Shown here piece after piece: positions 27,811 to 41,450 of a stretch of 64,000 nt of DNA. The position numbers and the translations under genes were made by a program. The stretch is from the human T2T-CHM13v2.0 reference genome, Homo sapiens. The first letter of the stretch is position 1, and the number at the start of each line of letters is the position of its first letter. The notes beneath the pieces were generated by a model. The model was given only the letters and a program-made list of their open reading frames with translations, was not told the DNA's origin and made no database searches. The stretch lies in the NCBI RefSeq assembly GCF_009914755.1, contig NC_060947.1; one strand, 5' to 3'.

Positions 27811-28140
27811 TCTGCCTCTGTGGAGGAGTATAAACATGTGCCGTTCTCATGGATAACTGCCCATTTTAGCCCTCACTTGGCAAACAGAATACAAACAAAG
27901 TGTTTCATGCTTAGCACGCAAAACAAAAAAGAACAGAAAGTTATATAGGCCTACAAGCAATGGATTTAACCTTTTAGTTTAAATAGCCTTAAACTTCCCT
28001 CTTTCAAAAAACAAAGGTTTGATCACAAGGAAAAAGTGATGGATAGACAGATACCACAGCACCTTAAATTCATTTTGCGTGCATAGACTTTCTTCTCTTC
28101 AATGATTCTGTTCTATCCAAATTGGGACAAACATTCCGTT
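27811..28140 (+). repeat. Dispersed direct duplication, copy 1 (presumed source)
   Basis: Aligns end to end with 29514-29841, roughly 85-90% identical by eye. Confidence 0.92.
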
Positions 28141-29404
28141 AAGACAAACCATGCTCTTATAGAAATTATCTACACTAGTTGACTTGATGGCCCAAAAATG
28201 TTCAGCTCATGTACAAAAGAGTTTTACAATTTGCTTCTAGTTGAACTTCACACACATAAAAACAAAACCAAAATGAGGAAGATTGAAATCTGTACCTTAA
28301 ATGTTTTACTTATTTTAATGTATGAATTTTTAAAAAGGTAACATTCAGCAACAATATAGTTGAATTTCAGTAAAGCAAGAATATGAAAGTAGATGCATTC
28401 TCTATGTACAACCATCTTTTTTGCATTTTTTGCATTTTTAAATTTGAATGTCCCAAAAGGCATGGCTAACTAATAATACTATCAATCTCATTTTACCCAT
28501 TTCATTTGACACTATATATAGCAGACATTGTCCATTTATCTCCTTTGTGGGCCTCTTTCTCTTTCTAAATTCATTCCATACTCAAGGACAATGATATACA
28601 GCTGTTTTCCTCCCACATATAATTACCACGCCCCATGAGGCTACACTGACAGAGCCAAGAAAAGCAGAGGGCTGTGTACTCATTGAGTTAAATGAATGAC
28701 ATCACACTATCAGTCAAGACAATTCAGGCAAGGGCGAAGTGTTGGGATTTTCCAAAACCAACAAAAAGTGTGCAACTGTTCTATAAACAAGGCTGGGCAG
28801 AGTTCAAAAGTTGAATTGTGCTGGCAATGATTACTGTAATCACAAGGCATTCCTCAGCACTCGTCATAGAAATAAACCATAACAGTCACAGCATCTAATG
28901 TCTCTGGCCATCATCTAGTGAAAGATTTCACTTGCCATACGTGCAGAAGCAGAAAACCCATCAAATGAGTGACCAGGAAGCTGGGCCACTAACTTCAATT
29001 TTCTCTGTTTCTTTGAACCACATGCTCCCAAGAGTTCCTGACTGGTGATTGAGTTAGACACTTAGTTGTAGAGTATCTGCTCTGACACTAATATCTTATA
29101 CATTATTGAGAGCTGATTATTAAAAGGGTACTGATTCTGAGTTTTAAGCTATTGTCCATTGACCAGAGTTAGGCAGTCACTTCAGACAGAACTATGGGCA
29201 GGTTCTTATAATTTTAATGCAGCACCTATTTAAAGGTATCAAATTTATTCCTCTATCAGAACAATAAAGCCAAATTAATTTTGCCCACTGATTAAGCACT
29301 TAGCAGTCATGCTCTGTTTCACCACAAACACAGACACATAAAATGCATTCATATCATCACAAAAGTGTAATGGCACAAAGGGAAAGAGTACATATTATAG
29401 CTGT

Positions 29405-29925
29405 TAACAATATGACTTTGAATTTACTCCCAGCTCCTCCCACATGTAACCTTGAGCAAGACATTTACTATCTCTAAGCATCATTTTCTGCATTTTAAAA
29501 TGGGTACAATGCCTCTGCCTCTGTGGAGTAAAAACATGTGTTGTTCTCATGGATTACTGCCCATTTTAGCCTTCACTTGATAAACAATATGAAGTGTTTC
29601 ACGCTTAGCAGTCAAAAAAAAGGACAGAAAGTTATACAGGCCTACAAACAATGAATTTAATCTTTCAGCTTAAATAGCTTTAAACTTTCCTCTTTCAAGA
29701 AACAGAGGTTTGATCAAGAGGAAAAAGTGACGGACAATAGATACCACAGCATTTTAAGTTCATTTTGCATGCATTGGCTTTTTTCTCCTCAATGATTTTA
29801 TTCTAGGAATTTTTCTGTCTAAATTGGGACAGATATTTGTTGGGGATTAAATTATACAATGCAATATAGTACCTACTAAATTGGAATGTACTAAACACTC
29901 AAAAAATGCCACCTAGTAGTAGTGG
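29405..29925 (+). mobile_element. MIR split by the duplicated segment
   Basis: 'tgtaaccttgagcaagacatttac...aaaatgggtacaatgcc' | insert | 'ggggattaaattatac...cactcaaaaaatg'. Confidence 0.7.
29514..29841 (+). repeat. Dispersed direct duplication, copy 2 (inserted in the MIR)
   Basis: See copy 1. Confidence 0.92.
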
Positions 29926-29935
29926 TGGTAATATA

Positions 29936-30106
29936 CGTGGTGGTCTACATATACTATGATACTCCGCTCACCAAAATGTGGAAATTGATCTTTCTTTCCT
30001 TGAATATGCGTGAGCCTTACTGATTCGCTTTTGTTAAATAGTATATGGTAGCAATGATGCCATGAGATTTCTGGTGTTATAAGAGGCAAATACAGCTTCT
30101 ACTTTG

Positions 30107-30139
<33 letters not shown>

Positions 30140-30475
30140 CCTCTCTCTCTCTCCCTCTCTTTCTCTCTCTCTCTTTTACTGCATGTCCTTGGAATGTACA
30201 CACTGCCATATATATATATGTTCCAGCTGACAGCCCCATCTAAGGTTTCAACCTACAGCCAACATCGACTGCCAGACATGTGAATGAGACATCATATGAT
30301 TCTAGCCTTCATTCAGCGTTTAAACTTCCCTTAGCTGACACCAAGTAGAGCAGAAATGAGTTGTTCTCTCTAAGTCCGTCCAAATTGCAGATTCATGAGA
30401 AAAATAATGTTGTTGCTGAGGTTAAGCCACTAAATTTGAGAGTTGTTTGTTAAATAGTGAAAAACAAGTGGAACA
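29936..30475 (+). mobile_element. MLT1 (F/G/H-like) LTR containing (CT)n at ~30108-30174
   Basis: 'ccagctgacagccc', 'ttaagccactaaatttgagagttgtttgt...gaaca'. Confidence 0.7.
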
Positions 30476-31409
30476 TCATCTAAACAACGTGGGGACTTAA
30501 CCATATCTCACTTGATGCCTATAACAACTCTAAAAGACAGATATGATCAGTAACGCCTTTTATAGATTTGGACAACTGAAATTCAGAGGCACTAACTACT
30601 TTATACCACATCACTTAACTAGTAGGTGATGGAGTGAAATTTGGACTGAATCTTTGTCCTATGTGACAATACATAGGATTCCCCTGAGATTTTATTTTCT
30701 TTCCTAAGACAAGTTGATATCATATTTGGTGATCACATCTACAGGACTCCCTTACTTTTCTTCCCAAAATATTTATTGACACTCTGCAGAGAGTTTGGGA
30801 TACAGAAAAAGATCTACTCCATCAAATAGCTAATTATCTAATAATAAAGATGGTTAGAAACTTATGATTAATTGAAAGCCATAGTTAGCAAAAAATGGCA
30901 ATGACACAACACAAACCAATAGCAAATATTACTCTTGGAGAATCACTAAAGAACTGGCAAAAATAGAAAAATAGTACAACTACGTGGTAGAAGTGTTTGT
31001 CAGGCATGAGGAGAGTTGCTTGGAGCAGATCATGGGTCAAAGGATGAAATACTAAAAAAAAAGAGCTTTCATTACTTCTATCCCTGGGCAATGGGAACAG
31101 TATAGAATGGACAATTTTGAACTATACAATGGGAAACAAATGGCCATCCGTGGGAATAAATAGACATTTTATAATTGGGGGTGGTAAGTAAAGTAATATT
31201 AATAATTCAGGAAACTACACGCAGTGGAAAAGACATAGAGGGCAAAGACCAGAAACTTATCTAAAATCCTATTAATATACTAAATACACACATAGCAGTA
31301 TAATATTTTTTGAATATGAACTACTGCTTTCTTTTCTGCCTCTCCCTCCTCCCATCAGGTTTTTGACCTTATGCAATTTTGACCCAATGAAACAGTGAGA
31401 GTTAATAAA

Positions 31410-31650
31410 AGTAGCTATCCTTTATGGAGAACAAACTATTAAGCAGGCACATCCTTAGTGGACTTTACATTCATTATTTTATTTAGCCCCAATAACAGTG
31501 TTCTGATGGAGGTATTGCTAGTGTCCTCATTTTACAGACGAGGGAACTGAGCCACAAAGGTTCAGAACATTGCCAAGGTCAAATTGCCCTTGGTGCTTGG
31601 TGGAGATGGGATTGGAACCCAGGCTGTCAGTCTCTAAAGGACATCTTCTT
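31410..31650 (-). mobile_element. MIR
   Basis: 'cattttacagacgagggaactgagccacaaagg...ttgccaaggtca'. Confidence 0.8.
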
Positions 31651-31815
31651 AATCTCTAATTTATATTGCATTATATAAAGTATTTACTCTAGTGTTAATA
31701 TCATTAGAGGACATCACGAAAGAGATTTTTTAATATTCTTCTAGATATTTTATGGAAATCATGCCAGAAATTCTTTATATTCTTTCTCAGAGTGAGCATG
31801 GATTATGTCCATGTC

Positions 31816-32110
31816 TTTTTTTTTTTGAAGCAGAGTCTTGCTCTCTCGCCCAGGCTGGAGTGTAGTGGTGCGATCTGGGCTCACTGCAAGCTCTGCTTCC
31901 TGGGTTCACGCCATTCTCCTGCCTCAGCCTCCCTAGTAGCTGGGACTGCAGGCGCCCACCACCACGCCCAGCTAATTTTTTTGTATTTTTCTAGTAGAGA
32001 CGGGGTTTCACCGTGTTAGCCAGGATGATCTCGATCTCCTGACCTCGTGATCCGCCCGCCCCAGCCTCCCAAAGTGCTGGGATTACAGGCGTGAGCCACC
32101 GCGCCCAGCC
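31816..32110 (-). mobile_element. AluY-like
   Basis: Diagnostic 'cactgcaagctc', 'ccgtgttagccaggatg', 'gacctcgtgatcc'; CpG-rich; TSD atgtcca(t/c)gtc. Confidence 0.92.
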
Positions 32111-35100
32111 ATGTCCACGTCATTTTATCTGTACTTTGCTGAGCGTATAATCTCAGGCACCTGGTATTTGAAAAGTACACTTTCATAATGATAAATGGAT
32201 GTTAGCTATAATCAATACTGCTAATCTAGGGTATCTTGTTGTATAATTAGCAATCTATTTATGTGTAAAATAGTTTCTTTATACCTCTACTGTTAGAATA
32301 CATAAATATGAAAATAATAAGCAGGAGGTAATTTTAAGTCATACTACATCAATCCTGGAAATATTTTCTTTAGGGAAATGTTGCATTTTGCCCATTGAAA
32401 GCCAAATGACTTTGTGTTGTCAGTGCAATACAAAGAGTTATTCTTATTTCGTATTTTTTCTCAATATGTTATCAAGCATAGGAGTGTTTATAAGGCAGAG
32501 ATTTACAGAGCTCATTGTCAGCTGGATTTAAGCTTATATGTCAACTGGATGTATTTTTATCACTCTAGTGTCTATATAGTTGATAGTTGTAGTCAGATAA
32601 CAATAGAAAAGTAATAGTGCTGGCAGGCATACGATCAAGCTAGGCAAGTTAAATCTATCTAATGAGAAAGAATTGTCCTCTGTGAAGTACTTAAAACATT
32701 AAACCCAAAACAATGAGTTTTGTTAGTTTGAAAACCAAGCCAGCACTGCAGCAAAGTGGCTTCACAACAACAACCCACAAAACAGAGTCTCAAACCTTTG
32801 ACCTACCTAGAACAACTCACTCTGCACCTCTGCCAACATAGGGCTAGCTAGGGTGATGTCAGGCAGGGTGGTAACAATCCCTTAGCATTCTGTGACCATT
32901 CCACTCCCACTGGGCTCCACCTCAACCACAATTACCATAAATAGGTGTGACATCCTTGTCCTTTTATACTGAAGAATCAAGCTTCTTGGCCACAAGGGTA
33001 AGGCAGGGCAGAGACCGCAGTGGGAAGGGCAGGCACAGCAGACTTCTGATTTTTCACTCCAACCCCTTGTCTTGACTGTAGAAAGCTCCTTGGTGCAGGA
33101 ATAATAAAGGTAACTTTGAAGAGTTCAAGCCCCACTCCTAGTCGTCCAACAGTCCCTTTTGTAAATGCTCTGGGAGTTTTCTTGTTATTCATGCCTCCAA
33201 TAAGCTTTCTTCTCTCCTAGAATATAAGCATGGTACATCTTTTCTTTTTTTCTGAGCCTGCATGGGTAAGAAGTTTACTCTCTGAGAGGATAGATTAGAG
33301 CTCAGCAAGCAAATGGCCGCTTATTCTTTGCTAAAGACAGTAATCGCAAAAAGAAAGCTTCCTGTGGCACTGGAAAGAGAATGGTGAAAGAGGTGGTTAA
33401 ATTTAGGAAAAGGGGTATAAATAGCAAACAACCAACTGCAATATAACAAAAGATTAATATGCTTTTCAGCAATGTAACTATTAGATTATATACATATCAA
33501 TTATTCTCTGTGTTTCTTAACAGGAATTAAATGTTAATCCCCAAAGCATGATTTTTCCCCTGTCTATCTTCTTTTCTAGCTACAAGTCATAAAGGCTATA
33601 GCAAATGGATAGCTGTTTTGCTACTGTATTTTTAAATGTCTATTACACATTATATATTAAAAAGCTTTCATTTAAAAAAATAAACTTTATGCTGCATTTT
33701 TCTTTCAGTCTCAACCAAGATTCAGCCTTTTACATTCCCAAACATTATCTATATCATTGCATCTGGTGATTACATTTTATTAACTAGATTTTTTTCTTTT
33801 TACATTTCTGTCCTACCAGATCAGCTCAAGTTATTTCAAATGAGAGGTTTAAGCATTGCCGGTACCAGTGACATCATGGTTACCATAGAAATAAAAATCT
33901 AGCAACAATAATACTAGGTTTCTTTCTTTATCAGCCATGCTGCATTGCTGGTGTTCAAATCTTCCACCCAGGGGTAAAAGCTCAGAAGCTCCCTGTCATT
34001 ACATAACCTATACTGTTCCAAACATTTTCAGAGTTTAAAAGGGAGAAGGAAAAAAGCAGAATATGGGGTTATTTATATCAAATCTGTCAACTTACATAAT
34101 TAGTCACAGGTACTTCAAACCTCTAAATGAAGATAAGATAAACTAAACATACACTTGAAACCTAGAGACAAATAAAATCTCCATTACATGGTATAAATGA
34201 CAAAAATCAAATACTGTATCATAAATTACATGAAAAATTACAAGATTCCTAGGCATGAAGGCTTTCTGCCTTTTACAAACTAGTTATAGATTCCTTTTTA
34301 TACCATTTTCATTAATGTCAGAAAATGGGACTATACCTTTAGAAATTTCCATTTTGAAAGCAAGAAAAGGGCTTACTCTGGGCTGTTTTTCACTTGCTGC
34401 TTGAATTCTTATGGCAAACCATCTGCTTTTAGACTGAATAGCTAGGTGTTTTCTGTCAGCTAAATTTGAGAGACTAAAGATTACTGTCAGAAACCAATTA
34501 CTCAACCTGACTGTGGCCTGGTAATAGTCAGGTTGCTGCTGACCTTGAAATAACCACATATTAATACATACTCTTCACCTTACTCTGTTTAACAAAATGC
34601 AACATCGAATCATTTTCGAAATTTTAAAATTCTAATTTATTTTTTCACTGTCTCCTTCCCCATCTCCCTTGCTCTCTCCTTCCCTCTTATCCTCACTCTC
34701 TCTTTCTCTCTCTTCCCAAGAAAAGTTGTGGCTAGGATTAAGAATGATTTTGAAATAAGTTTTAAACTTGCCAAAATCTCCAACCAGCTTCCATAAATTA
34801 ATGACTCTTTTAGTAATCAATAACAAGACATGATTTACCACTGAATTCCAACACTTTTGATCAATCTTCGGTTGCCGCTATCTCTACAACTTAGTGTTGC
34901 AAAGATTTACGGCAGTGGCAAAACTGCTTTATTGAAATACAACATGAACTTAATTGAGTACAATCCTGTGCAAATTACAAAGGTATGTAATGCTATAATT
35001 AATGTAATTAGAGGGAAAAATTGATTGTCATTATAAATACAATCAGAGACACTTACATTATTATATTCACCACACTGATGGGCTTGTTGTTTATCAAACA

Positions 35101-35985
35101 AGTGCCCATTTTAACAGCAAAATTGGCCAAAAATCACAATAAAGCAAAACAAACAATAAACGGGGTGTTGTTTGAATGATTATGACAAACTCTAGGTAGC
35201 AACAAACATATCACTGTCAATCCATTAATTTCAGCCATCTTCCTGATTAATTCTGATCACCACAACTGCATCAATCAAGTAGTGATCATCATTGATCACT
35301 GAGGCAATATAAAATGAATGAATTGTTATTTCCATAGACCATTTATTTTGTGCATATTGACAGAATAATACTCCCTCCGATCCTCTGGATACGCAAGGCT
35401 AGCAAACAAATGGTTTGCCATTCAAAACACCATTTTACTTTGTCAAAGCCAGACCGATCAGTTGCCACATTAGTATAACCATATTAAAAAATCTCAGACT
35501 ATTTCTATAAAACAGCAAGCCTGGCTGTGAAAAAAAATGAAAATTTTACTCACAATTCTAGTCTGAATCATGTAGAAAAATCCAAAGCATTTTTCTTAAT
35601 TCAGGCAAAAGCAGTGGTTGGTTTAGGAGTTGTATGTATCTGGAAGTCAGGAAATATATATACTTGAATGGAGGGTTAGAAAAGATAGCTCATAGATAAA
35701 TGGACTCTAGCACACATGGTGCAGATGAGACAAACCTGAATGATTTTGAGGCATGGATATTGAAAATGAATAAATCATCAAATAGTCTACTAAATTTTCT
35801 CATTAAAATGAAAGTAACTGAAGACCAAAGTAGCTTGAAGTATGCTATGTGTATCTGCACCAACATCAGTTTGAAGAGGCCTCAAAGGAATAAAGAAATA
35901 CCACAGGATCCTTAGGAGGGTCACAAATTCTACTGGAACTGTGGGTTTGGACTGGAAACTTCAGAGTAAACACAACCACCTAGTT

Positions 35986-35989
<4 letters not shown>

Positions 35990-36023
<34 letters not shown>

Positions 36024-36026
36024 TGT
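35990..36026. repeat. (TG)n microsatellite
   Basis: Seen directly. Confidence 0.95.
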
Positions 36027-36425
36027 TGGGGGAGGAAGGCGGGATCTATTTCTGCTTCAGGTATGCTCCTAAAGTTGGAAAATACCAGATGTCCTAAAGT
36101 ACTCCTAGAGATTCAAATTTAACTAGATTCTTGTTGTTTATTTGTTTCCAAAATAAACAGCTTTTCTAGAAAGATGATTTGAAACTTATCAATATACTCA
36201 GACATATAACTCTTACGTATGAATTAATTAAAAGATAATAAATTTAGAGCACTCAATATGAGAGCATTTTGATATTTTCAATGCCTTGAAAAGAAAATTC
36301 ATAATTCATCTTAACATGTTAATACTAGTGGTTTTCAGCCCCTTTCAAATTAGGAGAAACTGCATCACCATTTATTCCGACAAAATTGAAAAGGGTAGAC
36401 AATGGCATTTAATCTATCCCTAAAT

Positions 36426-36680
36426 CAGAGGATTTCAAACTTTCTTTTTTAACCTCAACATACAGGAAGAAATATGTTTCACATTGTGATCTAGAACACG
36501 TGTGTGTGTGTGCGCACATGCAAAACTAAGTTTCATAAATCAATATTTACCCTAAGTATATGTGATGCATACTGATGTTTTCTATTCTATCCTATTTTAC
36601 TCTTTAAATATGGTAGTTGTGATGTCTAAATTGATTATATAACCCACTAATAGTCTTCAATTGCAGTTTGAAAAGCACTA
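36426..36680. mobile_element. hAT-Charlie MITE (Charlie4-like)
   Basis: Degenerate TIRs 'cagaggatttcaaact' / 'agtttgaaaagcacta' followed by the Charlie-type target 'atctagat'. Confidence 0.7.
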
Positions 36681-38329
36681 ATCTAGATCATAGTGGTTGT
36701 TAAGTTTCCAAAAGCCTTAGCTGCCACTGCCACCCAGTTGCAACATCCATGGTTTCTTATCTCTTCCCCAGGAAGAACTACAACCTTACATAAAAAACAA
36801 AACCAAAGAACACACACAGTAACTGATCCTTAGAGATGACAAATGTCCTCAATCACTTCAGCTAAGTTTCAAGTGTTAAACTATGGTAGCTGCTTTGCTT
36901 TTGTTGTCCCATCACTGTAATTTCTCAAGATACTTTCCCTCATACCCCAAGTTATTATTGAGGTGCTGCTAAATCTCAGATGACACACCAAATAATTTTT
37001 AACAGCAACCTTACTTATTGCATACAGTGGGATTCTTCTATTTCCACCATTTATTTTCTTCCTTGGTTTAATTAAAATGTGAATCACTTAATCTTTTGCT
37101 CCTATAAATATAGTCATAGATTCAAGAGGGCTGTTTTGCTTATGAGTTCAGACACAGGCAATGTTAAATACTGGCAGATGGAAAACTTGATGGTAGCCAC
37201 GGAAACACACTTACAGATGGCTCCCAACTAGCCTACCAAAACTTGGAGAGGAAATTTAGCAATAGCAAAGATTGGAATGGCTCTGTGGTTATCCTTGCTG
37301 GCAAGGAGTGCAATGGATTGCAGTGTAACATGATGCAGCCAAGGATATCACATTAGTAGGAATGAGACCAGATTTGGAGCTATGATTCTAAATTGCTGAT
37401 GTCGACATCCAACTGGCAAGTAGCTAATGGGAAAGTTCATCAAACAAAAGAGAAACTATGTTATTAACATTGCATAGGCAAGCTATCATTATAAGTAAGG
37501 CTTTTTCTCTTTATGAAACAGATTTGTTTCCAAAAATGTGGCTGTAAAACTAATTAATGTAAAAGCTTATTAAATCTTTTCTATTGGTTCCCATGATAAA
37601 ATTTGAGATGAGTCTCCATAAAGAGATATTCCAATAGATTGAATTGAAAAGTTTTGGCGGCTAGCTGAGTTAGTGCCATGCTTATAGACCAAATAATTTG
37701 TTACCAGAATAGTATGATTTAGAGGAGCTCAAAAAACTCTGCCTGCTCCAAAGAGCCTATCCCATTGCCTCCCAGTAACTACCATTATAGAGAGGCTTCA
37801 ATAGCATTAGAAAAGGTCTTTAATCAAGAAAATAAATATAAAATAACTATGAAAAGTTATGTCTCCAAGGAGTGAAAGGTCTTTAATTTGAATGTTTAAT
37901 TCAACAAACATTTATTTATTAAGCACCTAATATGTTAAGCCCTTTTCTTGTCACTGAAAATAGAGATTTTAAAAGTCCTCTTCTTATAAATATGCAGGAT
38001 TATCCAATAATAGATAAGAAATGTCTGTATGTAATTGTGGAAAGTAACTGGCTTAAGAAGGAAACACATAACCTCTTTATTATGCTTCCTCAAAGTTTGA
38101 AAGCTCATTTAAGAACAATTCAATGCCAGAAAGATGGAGAACTCCAAGCTTGTGGACAAAGGAATGTTGAACTGGTTATCTGTGGGATACAGTTAGAGTG
38201 CGCCTATGGGAAATGGGCATCGGAAGGAGAGCTACATGTAATGTTTTATCATTAATGAAAATGAAGAAGCTCTAATGTACATTTATTAGGTTACAGTTTT
38301 CTAAACCTTTTTAAATATACTTTTTTATA

Positions 38330-38520
38330 GGTGTCAATTCTGGACCTAGATAACATTGGGCCAGTTATTTAACATTTCTGTGCCTAGCTTTCCTAATCTG
38401 TTACATGAAGATAATATTATGTATTATCCACCTAATAAGATTATTGTGAGAATGAAATTGATAGAAAATGATTAGATTGTTCTGGCACAATAAGTGTCAT
38501 GTAAACATTTCTTCTTATCA
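38330..38520 (+). mobile_element. MIR
   Basis: 'ttgggccagttatttaacatttctgtgcctag...ttattgtgagaatgaaa'. Confidence 0.7.
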
Positions 38521-38654
38521 TCACTACCACTGCCACCCACATCATCAAACAAGTAAGAATGTTGTGGCTTTTAGAAGAGTTATGAAATTTGACCAGAGTC
38601 ATAGTATTAGCAAGAGGTAGAGCTGGGATTTAAATTTCAGTCATTACAAATTGT

Positions 38655-39352
38655 TCTTTTTAATTCTTTATTCCTATTTATTGAAATATAATGCACTTAT
38701 AAAAAGTGAAAACATAAAAATGGTACAGACTGACACTTTTTCACAAATTGAATCAAGAAACACAACATTGTCAGTAACCCAAACCCTCCATATGCTCTGT
38801 TCAGTCACTTCCTCCCCTAAACTATATTGATTCTAAAATAGAGGTTACTTTCGCTTGTCCTTGAACTCAATTTAAATAAAATGACATAGTATCTATCCTT
38901 TAGTGTCTGCCTTCTGAGGTTTATCCATATTGTTGATTATAGTCTAAATAATTTATTCTTATTGCTCTAGAGTACTGCATTATATGGCTATACTACAATC
39001 TATTGATCTATTCTACATTCAGTAGGCATTAAGATACTTTCCAGTTTGTCTGTTACAAATAAATCTGCTTTGAATATTCTATTATAAATCTTTTAGCAAA
39101 CATGGGTATGGATTTGCATTGGTGATATGTCTAAGAGTGGAATGGCTGGGTCATCGCTGTGTATATGTTTATATATGTTCATATATAACGGCAAAAATGC
39201 TTCCAACAATTTGTGCTTCCACCAGCAGTATATGTGATTTATAGCCACCCCATATCCTTTCCAACACCTGATAATTTCTATGTTTTTATTTTAGTTATTC
39301 TGGTGGGTATGTACTGGATTGCAGTGTGGTTTTAATTTACATTTTATTGGTG
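38655..39352 (-). mobile_element. Old L1 (L1MD/ME) 3' fragment
   Basis: 'ttttattgaaatataatgcac', 'gagtggaatggctgggtca', 'tcccaccagcagtatatg'. Confidence 0.75.
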
Positions 39353-39535
39353 TAGGTCTCCTTGACATGTAAGTCTCTGTTTTAGCTGCTGTAGTATACC
39401 ATCTCAAGGCCTCTTCTCCAAATTCATAAGCCATGTTGGGAGGCAACAGATGGATTATGATTTAGAATCAGCTTAAATTCTACCAGACAACTTGACTGCT
39501 AAGCAGGAAAACTGAGATTGAATCTCAACTATATT

Positions 39536-39914
39536 CAGTCATGCGTCACTTAACGATGGGAATATGTTCTGAGAAATGCGTTGTTAGGCAATTTCCTCAT
39601 TGTGTGAACATTATAGAGTGTACTTATACAAACCTAGAAGGTACAGCCTACTACTCACCTAGGCTGTGTGGCATAGCCTATTTCTCCTAGGCTACAAACC
39701 TGTACAGCATGTGACCGTACCAAAAACAATAGACAACTATAACACAATGGTAAGTACTAAACATATCTAAACATAGAAAGGGTACAGTAAAAATACAGTA
39801 TAAAAGATAAAAAATGGTTCACCTATTCAGGGAAGCTTCATTATAGGCTTATAAGACCACAGTCGTAAATGCAGCCCGTTGTTGACCAAAACATCATTAT
39901 GCAGCACATGACTG
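39536..39914. mobile_element. Tigger3-family MITE (TcMar-Tigger)
   Basis: TIRs 'cagtcatgcgtc' / 'gcacatgactg' followed by TA; typical internal 'gcctatttctcctaggctacaaacctgtacagcatg'. Confidence 0.88.
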
Positions 39915-41179
39915 TAGAGTGGACCAATTGAGAGACTGGTAATTGGTGATACTGAGTGTTGGAAATCCAGAGGATTGGAAGCTACATTGCCACCCAGATC
40001 ACAGCAGATATTGAATTTAGGGCAACGAGATTTTAAGCCTCAAACTAAGTCTCTTGCTACATTTTCTGCCTTGGTCAAGTTTAGGTCCAGGACTGAAGTT
40101 GCCCTGGGACCTCTGGATTAACATTAATATATACAGCTGGCCTGTTATCAGCATAGAACTGGCTGGGGATCCCAAGAATATTGGAATAAGATGAGATTGA
40201 AAGATTAACTGGGCATGATGCTTTTAACCAGAAACCTAGCAGTTAGAAGAATATGCCACTGGCACAGCTGATATAGGCTATCAAGAAAATAATATTGAAT
40301 AATGTGCTATTCATTCATTTTCCCCAGAAATCCAGATGTTTGCCCTGATAGGGCTCAGCAAGCACAAAGTAATTGACCAAAATACCTTATGCTGCAATTT
40401 GGGTTAAAAAATTATTTAATGTTTTTATGATTATATATTTGTGTATGTGTATCTAAAAAAATCATCCAGCTTCCTTGAAATATTCAAATATTTTGTAGAT
40501 TCAGTGTATTTTTTTAATTTTTGAAACATGATTTAAAGCAAGAAAATCCTGACAGGTATGTAATAAAATTAATAAAAGCATACATGCGTTATTAAAACAT
40601 TTAATGCAAGTTTTCATAATACTCTGCTGGTAGAAATCTTTTTGGGAAAAGAAATTAAACCATTTAATAAACTTTGATTTTGGAAAGTAAAGGACTTATA
40701 TTTAATGAAACCAACAATCTACGTTTTGATACACGTGACTTCCCCACCTTTGAAATGTTCAAAGATGTGTGTTAAGGTTATTTCCAACAGGAAAACCAAA
40801 TGCAACAAGATAGCCACACTCTCAGTTAAAATGAACATCAACTAAAATCTTAGGCTTTTCTGACACGAAATCTGGGCTGAGATCCTAATTTGTGCATTAT
40901 AGGAGACCAGCTGGAGCTGAGGCTAATTGGAAGTACTGGCAATTTATATTTCTATGTCCAAATATCGGTTTTGAAGGACTATTTTCAAGTTATTAGTAAG
41001 TAAAAAGTGCTCTTTCCTATCTCACACATGATTATTGAAAGATAATTCTGAATATATTCCTTGTCTGAGAATTATCAAGCCTGGAGGAAGTAAAATCAAA
41101 GAAGTAGATCAAAGGCTGAGCTACTGCATGTGGGATACTGGTAACTTAAGGGTGTTTCCTTTAGGAGGCAGTTCACAAA

Positions 41180-41450
41180 CTAATTAGAGGCATGGATTCT
41201 AGAGTCATACTGTCTGGATTTAAATCTCAATGCTGCCACTGGAAGCTTTGTGACTTTGAGCTAGTCACATACCTCTATAAACTTCAGTTTTCTCATCTGC
41301 AAAATAGGAATGATAATGACCTTTTTTTCATAAAAGTTTGTCACAAAGATTAAATGATTTGTTGAGAAGATTTAGTGAGTTAATACAAGTAAATGATTTA
41401 GAGTAGTGTCTAGATGATAACCAGTTCTAGGTAACCGTTAGCAATTATTA
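41180..41450 (+). mobile_element. MIR
   Basis: 'tgtgactttgagctagtcac...cagttttctcatctgcaaaataggaatgataat'. Confidence 0.8.

Noticed and set aside
34284-34559. 91-aa ORF in the TE-poor island
   Set aside because: No recognisable homology and no convincing splice-site pair.
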